Shown one piece after another: positions 44,639 to 52,296 of a DNA stretch of 64,000 nt (position 1 is its first letter; each line of letters starts with the position of its first letter). The DNA lies in NCBI GenBank assembly GCA_027623295.1, contig JAQBXR010000007.1, forward strand, positions 43,552-107,551. Reading direction: 5' to 3'. The notes beneath the pieces were generated by a model. It did not search any database and was not told where the DNA came from. It saw only the letters and a program-made list of their open reading frames with translations. Source of the DNA: Planctomycetota bacterium (lineage in GTDB: Bacteria; Planctomycetota; UBA1135). The translations under genes and the position numbers were made by a program.

Positions 44639-45406
44639 TTGTTCGCTGAGTTACTTGCGTTTTGCGGCCTGCTGATTTTTGGAGGCTTACTGGGCGTGGT
44701 TTCGGGTGTTTCGCTTGCGCGCCTCGGGCGGCGAGGTGAAGCGAACCCGACTGCCTATGCCTTGGCGCCGTGGTTAGCCGTTTTGGGTGCCGTTGATATC
44801 TATTTGGTGAATGGAGGCATTTCGTGGCTGTTCCCAAGCACCACGACCGATGTCGCCCCACTCCGCCTAAGCCTCACCGCCATGGTGCTGGCCGCGCCGA
44901 TTCTCTTGTTCCGTATTTTCGGGGAATCCCCTGGCTGGTTCCGCAAAGGGCAAGTGGGGCGCCGCCTAACCTGGGCGGTCCGCGTTTGGCTAGTCGCAAT
45001 GCCCGGTTTTCTTGCGGTGGTCCTGCTTAATAACTTCTTATTTAATAACTGGATTCCATGGACGCCGCAACCAGATCCACTGCTTGGTCTTGCGCATCTA
45101 TCGGCTTCAGAGCTCGCGCTGAGTGCCTTGTTCCTGTGCATTTTACTCCCGATTCTGGAGGAGGCCTTGTTTCGTGGATATCTGTTTCGCGGGCTTGTTG
45201 GGCCGAAGTTTCGCCTTTCCTCGGTGCGCGCCCTCGCTGTATCGAGTCTGCTTTTTGCCTTGGCGCATCGCCCCGACATGTGGATACCTATGTTCTACCT
45301 CGGTTGCCTACTCGCCTGGCTCGACTGGCGCGGCGCTGACCTGCGCTTATGCATGATGGCTCATATTGCGCATAATAGTTTCTTTTTTGCGATTGCTTTA
45401 ATTTAG
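44639..45406 (+). CDS. CPBP-family intramembrane glutamic endopeptidase (CAAX protease/Abi family)
   Basis: PILEEALFRGYLF, LLFALAH and MAHIAHN in a multi-TM protein. TTG start immediately after the thiG stop. Confidence 0.8.
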   Translation: MFAELLAFCGLLIFGGLLGVVSGVSLARLGRRGEANPTAYALAPWLAVLGAVDIYLVNGGISWLFPSTTTDVAPLRLSLTAMVLAAPILLFRIFGESPGWFRKGQVGRRLTWAVRVWLVAMPGFLAVVLLNNFLFNNWIPWTPQPDPLLGLAHLSASELALSALFLCILLPILEEALFRGYLFRGLVGPKFRLSSVRALAVSSLLFALAHRPDMWIPMFYLGCLLAWLDWRGADLRLCMMAHIAHNSFFFAIALI

Positions 45407-45570
45407 GGAAGGATTAAATCCTTCCCTGGATGGCCACCTGTTCAAAAGGATTTCTACCTTCATGGTTTGTGGCAGATACCCTTGCACCATGCCATCGGTT
45501 GCAGGTTCCGTTGGCACCTTCGGCTCATTTGGCCAGAAAACGGGGCCTCCACTCTGGCATAATCCTGCAA

Positions 45571-46098
45571 ATGAATGAGTCCGAAACCACCTTTCCCATG
45601 CCACGCAAGGGCTTGATGAAACGCGTTCCAGGCGGCGGCATGGTTGCCCAAGGTGCCATCGTGACTGGAAACGTCACCCTCGGTGAGAACGCCAACATTT
45701 GGTTCGGATGCGTGGTCCGAGGCGACGATGCTCCCATCACCATTGGCGCGAATACCAACGTGCAAGATGGCGCCTTGATTCACTGCGATACCGGATGTGC
45801 CCAGGTCATCGGCAAGAACTGCACGATTGGCCACGGAGCGATTCTGCATGGCGTGGAAATTTGCGATGGCGTGCTGATTGGTATGGGCGCAATCGTTCTC
45901 GGCGGTTCCAAAATTGGCGAGGGCGCGGTGGTTGCAGCCGGCGCTTTGGTGAAGGAGAATTATGAAGTTCCACCGCGCACTTTGGTAGCTGGTGTGCCCG
46001 CGCGGGTGGTCCGCAAAATCACTGAAAAGGAAATTGCATTCATGGCGCATTCGGTGCCGCATTACGTAGAAACTGCGGAAAGTTATCTCGACGCATGA
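45571..46098 (+). CDS. Gamma-class carbonic anhydrase-like hexapeptide-repeat protein (YrdA/PaaY type)
   Basis: ANIWFGCVVRGD, IGANTNVQDGALIH and IGHGAILHG. ATG 45571; the ORF-track start at 45430 has no support. Confidence 0.85.
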   Translation: MNESETTFPMPRKGLMKRVPGGGMVAQGAIVTGNVTLGENANIWFGCVVRGDDAPITIGANTNVQDGALIHCDTGCAQVIGKNCTIGHGAILHGVEICDGVLIGMGAIVLGGSKIGEGAVVAAGALVKENYEVPPRTLVAGVPARVVRKITEKEIAFMAHSVPHYVETAESYLDA

Positions 46099-46880
46099 GC
46101 GCAACTTTCGATCTTCCCGCTTTGCAGGCACAGCTCCGCGATTTGTCAGGGCTGGTGGTTGCCTTTTCGGGTGGAGTCGATTCCTCAGCGTTGTTGGCAG
46201 CAGCCATCGACACTCTGGGTAAGGAAAAAGTTTTGGCAGTGATCGCTGACAGCCCCTCACTTGCGCGTTTAGAGCTGCAAGAAGCCAAGCAGGTTGCCTT
46301 GGATCTGGGTGCCGAGTTGGAAATCCTTTCCACTCACGAAATCGACGATGCTCGTTATCGAGCGAACTCCGGTGATCGTTGTTTCTGGTGCAAGGAACAG
46401 CTGTTTACCTATGCGCAACCGGCCGCTCAAAAACGTGGCTGGGCTTTGGCCTATGGTGAGAATGCCGATGACGTGGGGGAACATCGGCCGGGGGCAGAGA
46501 GTGCTGCACAGCGCGGTGTTCTAGCGCCATTACGCGATGCTGGTTGGTGTAAGGCCCATGTGCGTGCCTATGCCGCGCACCGAGGCCTAAGTGTTGCGGA
46601 GAAACCTGCCGCTCCATGTTTGGCATCGCGCGTGGCGGTGGGCGTTGCGGTCGACCTGGAGACTTTGGAGCGCATTGAATCTGTGGAGCAAAAGCTACGC
46701 ACGAACGGTTATCAGATCTTGCGTGCCCGCCATTTAGCTCAAGGGGAAATGGCACTGGAGTTTGGCGCCGAGGACTTTCTGCGTGCACAAACGGAAGCCA
46801 TGCAACTGCAGAAACTCGCGCACTCCTTCGGCTACACCGAGTGCAGCATCCGCCGCTATCAAAGCGGCAGCGTGGCTTAA
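46095..46880 (+). CDS. larE: PP-loop ATP pyrophosphatase of the LarE / TIGR00268 type
   Basis: The PP-loop is VAFSGGVDSSALL. Cys motifs GDRCFWCK and AAPCLASRV are present. ATGA overlap with the upstream gene. Confidence 0.75.
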   Translation: MSATFDLPALQAQLRDLSGLVVAFSGGVDSSALLAAAIDTLGKEKVLAVIADSPSLARLELQEAKQVALDLGAELEILSTHEIDDARYRANSGDRCFWCKEQLFTYAQPAAQKRGWALAYGENADDVGEHRPGAESAAQRGVLAPLRDAGWCKAHVRAYAAHRGLSVAEKPAAPCLASRVAVGVAVDLETLERIESVEQKLRTNGYQILRARHLAQGEMALEFGAEDFLRAQTEAMQLQKLAHSFGYTECSIRRYQSGSVA

Positions 46881-46883
46881 GTC

Positions 46884-47528
46884 TTACTGGTTGTCGCTCT
46901 CTGCCTGATCCTGGCGATGGTATTCCACCAGCCAGCGGCGGTAACGTAACGGAACGTTCTCAGCAGAAGCGTTGTCGATGGCCTGTTGCAGCCGCGGTGG
47001 CAGCTTGCCCCATTGGCCATCCCGAGGATTGCGAAGGAAGTCACTTAAGGGTTGATCCAACAAACTAGACTGACCCTGATTCCCTTCCTGTTGCGAAGGC
47101 TTTGGTGAACCCTGAGAGGGCTTATTGCCATCGAAATCCTTATTCTCGGAGTCTTCCGATGAATCCTTTTGACCTTCCCCTTGACCTTCTCCGGGTGATT
47201 CCGAGTGGCCTTGACCTTGGCCTTGGCCTGGAGGCGGCGCGGGCAAGAGTTCTAGCAAGGCATTCATTTCGGCAACCAAATCACGGGACGCTTTCGCGGC
47301 TTCTTGCAATAAAAGAGGTTGCGCTTCTGATGAGACGGTTTCTGCGAGCGAAAGGTCATCGAACTGACGTACGGCTTCGCGCAACCTGGCATCGGCATCC
47401 GCAAATTTATTGGTGACCTCGGCAAGCTTGGCCTGCACTTCTTGCATGGTCACGGTTTCACCTTGAGGATTCGAATCCGGAAGAGGCGCAGGCTCTTGGA
47501 GAGCTAGTAGGGCTAAGGCTAAAAACAT
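46884..47528 (-). CDS. Secreted low-complexity protein, last gene of the MoxR-associated array
   Basis: Signal-like MFLALALLALQ and the Gly/Gln/Ser/Glu-rich stretch GQGQGQGHSESPGEGQGEGQKDSSEDSENKD. The C-terminal block is GQWGKLPPRLQQAIDNASAENVPLRYRRWLVEYHRQ. The start abuts the upstream stop with a 0-nt gap. Confidence 0.6.
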   Translation of the reverse strand: MFLALALLALQEPAPLPDSNPQGETVTMQEVQAKLAEVTNKFADADARLREAVRQFDDLSLAETVSSEAQPLLLQEAAKASRDLVAEMNALLELLPAPPPGQGQGQGHSESPGEGQGEGQKDSSEDSENKDFDGNKPSQGSPKPSQQEGNQGQSSLLDQPLSDFLRNPRDGQWGKLPPRLQQAIDNASAENVPLRYRRWLVEYHRQDQAESDNQ

Positions 47529-49115
47529 TTATAGGTCCTCCGATGCCGTTTCATCTTTCGCCTGCTGCAGGCGCTCGACCATGGATTCAAACTGCAAGTA
47601 CAACTCGCTCTGTCGGTTCAGCAACATTTCTAATTCCAAAGCATCTTCCGGACCGAATGGAATACCGGCATCGGCGAATGCTATCTGGCGGTCTTCCATG
47701 AGGGCCAACCGTTCCGCCAAGGATTCCTGCATGCGTTTGAGCAAATGCAGTTCCATGGCAAAGTTCACTAGCGGGAGCTCCTTCTCTTCCTGATCTTCCG
47801 CCTCTTGCGCTTGCCCTTCCTCGGAAGGAGGCTCTTCCAGGCGTTTACGAATACGCTCTTGTTCAATCCGAATCACTTCAATGAGCTGCTGCCAATCTTT
47901 GGTCAACGCAGCAGCCAACGGCATGGCCTGTCGATTTAGGCGATACCGGGGTGGGCCAATTTCTTTGGACAGCACCCCGTGATCCTGGCTCAAACCTTGA
48001 ATGTAAAGCGGGAAACTGTCCGCGCCAGCTTGATCGATGGTGAGCAGCAAATCTTCTGCTGCAATCGACAACTCGTTTTGAGCTAAGCTGATCTGACGGA
48101 GGTGAGTGCGGGTGCTACGTGGCACGCCTTCGTCATCGAGGTTGACCACGATGTCTGCTAGTTCTGTCTCCATTTGCATGTGGCGGTCCAAAATCACTTG
48201 GGCTTCACGCATGACATCCAACAAGGCTTCGCGACGTTTCTCCTCATCGGAGCGCTCCTGTTGGTCCTCGATTTGCTTTTGCGCTTTTTTCAGTTCTTCA
48301 AGCGCTTCCTTTTGCTTAGCGATGGCCTTATCGAGTTGCTCCGCCTGATCTTGCGGCTTGGTTTCTGCGGATTGCGGCCGCATTTTCTGGGCCGCTTCTT
48401 CGCTGGCATCTTCGGCCTTCTTTGATGGCAGAGAACGACGACCGGTTTGCTCTTCCTGCTCGCGGTTGAATTTCTCTAATTCCTCAGCCAAACGATTCTG
48501 TAACTCCGCTAATTCTTCTCGCTTTGCATCGAGCTCTTCCTGCGCAGGAGGGGTTTCCCCATTCGGTTTTTCAGTTTCACCGTTCGGATTCGCTGGGTCC
48601 GTCGACGCCATGTCTTTCTGTTCTTTTGCTTCTTGCTGATCTTGCAACTTCTGCGTTTGTTGCATCAAGTTTTCTTGGCGTTGAGAAAACTCCTGCAAGG
48701 CTTCCGCGCGCATAAGCATCGCTTTCTCTAAAGCCATTTCGCGCTCACGACGTTCACTTTCAACCAGGTGATCCAAAAGGTCCTGCAATGTCTGAATCAA
48801 TTCCGCTTGACCTTCTAAGGCGTTCCCGGAATGCAGGGAAGTCAGCTCTCGTGCGACGCCATCAATTGCGGCGGCCAAGGTACCGGTTTCCTCGGCGCCC
48901 TTCAGCTTTTCACGGGCACGCAGCAAAAGCTCTGCGCGATCGGTACGCCCTTCTTCGAGGTCACGCTTCTCAAGCATTTCCAAGAGCTGTCCAAGACGAC
49001 GCACCTGTTCTGCCACCTGGCGCTGCTCGGTGGCTAAGCGCCCGAATTCGACAGGGTCCTGCGCCATAGGCATGGGCGCAAAGTGGAGCATGGAGGCAAG
49101 GACGAGTGAAAGCAT
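47529..49115 (-). CDS. Secreted long coiled-coil protein (Glu/Gln/Lys/Leu-rich)
   Basis: Signal-like MLSLVLASMLHFAPMPMA, then about 500 aa of heptad-like charged sequence (for example ELAELQNRLAEELEKFNREQEEQ and KQKEALEELKKAQKQIEDQQERSDEEKRRE). Confidence 0.65.
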   Translation of the reverse strand: MLSLVLASMLHFAPMPMAQDPVEFGRLATEQRQVAEQVRRLGQLLEMLEKRDLEEGRTDRAELLLRAREKLKGAEETGTLAAAIDGVARELTSLHSGNALEGQAELIQTLQDLLDHLVESERREREMALEKAMLMRAEALQEFSQRQENLMQQTQKLQDQQEAKEQKDMASTDPANPNGETEKPNGETPPAQEELDAKREELAELQNRLAEELEKFNREQEEQTGRRSLPSKKAEDASEEAAQKMRPQSAETKPQDQAEQLDKAIAKQKEALEELKKAQKQIEDQQERSDEEKRREALLDVMREAQVILDRHMQMETELADIVVNLDDEGVPRSTRTHLRQISLAQNELSIAAEDLLLTIDQAGADSFPLYIQGLSQDHGVLSKEIGPPRYRLNRQAMPLAAALTKDWQQLIEVIRIEQERIRKRLEEPPSEEGQAQEAEDQEEKELPLVNFAMELHLLKRMQESLAERLALMEDRQIAFADAGIPFGPEDALELEMLLNRQSELYLQFESMVERLQQAKDETASEDL

Positions 49116-49129
49116 GTCTTCTTCTAACC

Positions 49130-51226
49130 CTATCGTTCAGAAGCTTCTTGGGTACGTAGATAAAGTCCGCGTTGGCGCTCCAAAAGGGAGCGTAACAAGT
49201 TCACGGCACTGTTAAAGTCCTCCCAGGCGAGTAGGATTTCGAGAATCCCATCGAGCTGCTCCCTTAATTCGCTGGCGGCAGCTTGGGTCGGGCGGTTTTC
49301 GTTAGCGGCTTCGAGCAAAAGAGCACCTGGCCCAGTGCGAGCCTGGAGCAGGGCGCGACTTAAATCGAGCAGCATGGCGGAGCGGTCCAGCGGTGCTGGC
49401 AGGTCTGCCGAGAGCAGGGCTTCGGTGAGCACGCCTGGCTTGGGCATACCCTGGACTAGCTGAGCCTCGGCGGTTGGCCAGAGCGTGGCAGTCTGACGAT
49501 CGAGGCCAGAATAGACGCGTTCCAGAAGGTAATACTCGGCGCTGCCCAGCCCAGAATCGAGTTCCTTGAGCAAGCGTCGAATATTCCGTGACGACGGATT
49601 GGCGTCTGGTTCGGCGAAGGCTGCGGCGCGATCGCGCATGCCTTCAATACGTTCGCGCAAGCGCACAATGCGTTCGCCAAGACGTTGTTCTTCTACGCTT
49701 GCAGGAACAATCTCAATCCAAGGTGAGTTGGATTCCGCCACATTGCCTTCGGGCTGCGCTTGATCCATCGCCTGGAGTTGGAATCGGTAACGATTGTCTT
49801 CATAAGACTCCACCGAGAAGTTCTCAGCGGTTTCTAAGCGAAGGACCTTGCGAATGTCACGCGTGCCCAAAGTGTATGGCAGCGCGATTTCTTGCTCATG
49901 GCGTCCAAGGAGTTTGACATTGCCTAGGCCGAAGTCATCGTGCACTGCAATTGCGAGTGGGACTTTGCCACCAGGAACACTCAGCCACCGTTCATGCGGG
50001 AACAAAAAGCGCGGTTCCGGACGGCGGTCGGGAGTGGCGGTCCATTTCAGAACTGCGGCACGCTCTTGACGGAAGCCATCGATGCCGGAGAGCGCAAAGG
50101 ACATTTCCCCAGAACCGGAAACTTGGAACTCCAATGAGTACATGCCGTCTTCGTCGGGAGATAGGACTTCATTGGTGCCATCCAGTAGCTTGTAACGCAC
50201 CTCGGAAGTTTGGCGATCGGGACGCAGTTGCACCTGAACCGAAGAACCGCGCAGCAAACGTAGTTCATGGAACGGGCCTTCTTCACCAACGAGTTGGGTG
50301 TAGCTTGGGGGGGAAGTCCGCACCAACCAATCGCTGATTCCAGGAGCATCGCCTGCGCGAATTGCAAGCCGAGGAAGGCCATCGGTGTCATCGCCGCCGC
50401 GGAAGTGAAAGTCGGTATCGGTGCGTATAGGTGGAAGGCGCAATACAAAATTGCCACCACCTAAATCATGCATCGGACGTGATTGACCATTGCTTATGGC
50501 CTCTAGGCGGTCGGGGATCACGCCTTCGGCACGGACTCGAAGTGAAACCACAGAGCCGCGCGCGACTGAAAGGGTGTACTCCTCATGACCGTGAATCTCA
50601 AACTCCACCGGTTCGGCCAAGCCTTCCAAGTAGGCCGGCATGAGAACCAGATGGGTGTCGGAGGGCCAAGCTGTGGATTGGCCTAAGGCGCGTTGCATGA
50701 AAATCATCGCTTCTCCCGGATAACCCCAAACACCAAGTAGAAGCACGGCGATGGCACCTGCTCCCATTAAGAAACTGCGCCGTGCACGTCCGGTAGGGAC
50801 GACGGTTCTAGCATCTAAACCTTCACTCAAAGCCACCGCTTCTAGCGTGACTTCTTCCAGCATTTCGAGCGAAGATTCGCGCGGGTCATCGGCCAGTTCG
50901 ACGGCCGTAGAGAGCCGGTCTTTGAAGGCAGGGGCTTTGCGTTCCCAGATTGCAGCAAGGTCGCGGTTGGCCGGACGGTGGCGTAAGGGTTGCCAAAGGT
51001 CTTTGCCAATCTGCCAAGTTAAGACACCCAATGCGCAGATTTCCAAGATGATGCGGACTGCCGTGGGTGGATCGAGCAAACGGTCCAGCAGGTACAGTGC
51101 AAGCAAGGCTCCGGCAAAGTTCAGCACCGAACGTCCTACACCGTAGACCAAAAGGACTACGAAGAGACGTTGTTCGAGCGCACGTAAGAGTTGGCGCAGC
51201 GCTGCGGGAAGGGAAGCGCGACTCAT
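49130..51226 (-). CDS. Membrane protein with N-terminal TM segments and a large extracytoplasmic domain (DUF4175-like, from memory)
   Basis: ATG 51226 gives an ATGA overlap with the upstream stop. Hydrophobic segments are LFVVLLVYGVG, NFAGALLALYLL and IILEICALGVLTW. The ORF-track start at 51322 lies inside the upstream gene. Confidence 0.6.
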   Translation of the reverse strand: MSRASLPAALRQLLRALEQRLFVVLLVYGVGRSVLNFAGALLALYLLDRLLDPPTAVRIILEICALGVLTWQIGKDLWQPLRHRPANRDLAAIWERKAPAFKDRLSTAVELADDPRESSLEMLEEVTLEAVALSEGLDARTVVPTGRARRSFLMGAGAIAVLLLGVWGYPGEAMIFMQRALGQSTAWPSDTHLVLMPAYLEGLAEPVEFEIHGHEEYTLSVARGSVVSLRVRAEGVIPDRLEAISNGQSRPMHDLGGGNFVLRLPPIRTDTDFHFRGGDDTDGLPRLAIRAGDAPGISDWLVRTSPPSYTQLVGEEGPFHELRLLRGSSVQVQLRPDRQTSEVRYKLLDGTNEVLSPDEDGMYSLEFQVSGSGEMSFALSGIDGFRQERAAVLKWTATPDRRPEPRFLFPHERWLSVPGGKVPLAIAVHDDFGLGNVKLLGRHEQEIALPYTLGTRDIRKVLRLETAENFSVESYEDNRYRFQLQAMDQAQPEGNVAESNSPWIEIVPASVEEQRLGERIVRLRERIEGMRDRAAAFAEPDANPSSRNIRRLLKELDSGLGSAEYYLLERVYSGLDRQTATLWPTAEAQLVQGMPKPGVLTEALLSADLPAPLDRSAMLLDLSRALLQARTGPGALLLEAANENRPTQAAASELREQLDGILEILLAWEDFNSAVNLLRSLLERQRGLYLRTQEASER

Positions 51227-52296
51227 CGAGTGAAGATCGGGAGGTACTCCTTCGGAATTTGCAAGATAAGGCAAGCGGTTGCGGTGCCGTAATTGGTGCC
51301 GGGGCCAGTGCGGTTCGGCCACGAGCCATCTTTACGTTGCATGCTTAGGAGTTCCGCCGACACCACGCGTAAGTAGTTGCGATAACTCTCGCCACCCACA
51401 ATGTGGAAGGCTTGCACGGCATAGTAGTGGCCATAGTAAAAGTAGTAATGGCCCTCGACGTGTTTGCCGAAACGTTTGGTGAAGTCCCCCAGTTGGGCTT
51501 CCATGCGCTTGATGCCCTTTTCAATGTCAGCATCTGCGTAAACCCCGGCGCCGTGCAGAATCGTAATTCCAGCAGCGGTGAGAGCGAAGGTCGCACGCGA
51601 TTGCAAGTCGGGCTGATAGCGGAAGTCCCCAGGACGCGCCTGCATGTGAATGCTCCAGTCCGGATCGTCTTCCCGCACTGCACTTTTACGTACATAACTC
51701 ACTGCATCGTTAATGGTGGAGACCGGAACTTGAATACCGATATTCCGTGCAGCGCGCAAAGCTAAAACCTGACAGGCAGCAACCGACATGTCGGCATCGG
51801 CCACGTGAGGCTGATAACGCCATCCGCCTTGTTCATTCTGGCTGGCCACAATTAGGTCAATGGCCTTTTGCAAAGCTGGGCGCAAATCCTCGCGTTGCGT
51901 CATGCCATAAACCTCGGCTAAAAACAGAGTGGAGAAGGCATGGGAGTACATGCGGGTTTCATGCGCGGTGATGTAACCATCTTGATGCACCTGCTTCAGC
52001 AAGTAATCCACCGTCTTATCCACCACGCCGCCGTACTTGCCACGTCCAGGCACGTGCCCACCGGCTAAGAACGCCATGCCCGCTAATGCGGTAACGCCCA
52101 CGTGCGCGGCATCGCGATTCCATACCCGATAACCTTCCTCTAACTTATAGCCGACGTCGGCGTTCCAGGAGCCATCGACGTTTTGTTGCTCGGCCAAGTA
52201 CTGCAGGCCACGCTCGGCGGCTTCCAGGCCGGAGGTGGAGAGACCGCTGATTGGGTTAGCGGTTTGGAGGAGTAGGAGGAGTGCGCTAAGGATCAT
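51223..52296 (-). CDS. Secreted alpha/alpha-toroid protein with squalene-cyclase/prenyltransferase-type QW repeats
   Basis: QW-like motifs are GLQYLAEQQNVDGSW, AIDLIVASQNEQGGWRY and AELLSMQRKDGSW. A short signal-like N-terminus is present. ATGA overlaps occur at both ends. Confidence 0.7.
   Translation of the reverse strand: MILSALLLLLQTANPISGLSTSGLEAAERGLQYLAEQQNVDGSWNADVGYKLEEGYRVWNRDAAHVGVTALAGMAFLAGGHVPGRGKYGGVVDKTVDYLLKQVHQDGYITAHETRMYSHAFSTLFLAEVYGMTQREDLRPALQKAIDLIVASQNEQGGWRYQPHVADADMSVAACQVLALRAARNIGIQVPVSTINDAVSYVRKSAVREDDPDWSIHMQARPGDFRYQPDLQSRATFALTAAGITILHGAGVYADADIEKGIKRMEAQLGDFTKRFGKHVEGHYYFYYGHYYAVQAFHIVGGESYRNYLRVVSAELLSMQRKDGSWPNRTGPGTNYGTATACLILQIPKEYLPIFTR

Noticed and set aside
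45460-46260. 266-aa minus-strand ORF spanning the gamma-CA-like and larE-like genes
   Set aside because: It is antisense to two genes with clear hexapeptide and PP-loop motifs and crosses their ATGA junction. It has no recognisable domain.
47190-47240. Short tandem repeat (GGCCAA/GGTCAA units)
   Set aside because: It is coding low complexity (GQGQGQG) inside the 214-aa gene, not an intergenic repeat or CRISPR-like element. I mention it only as a possible length polymorphism.
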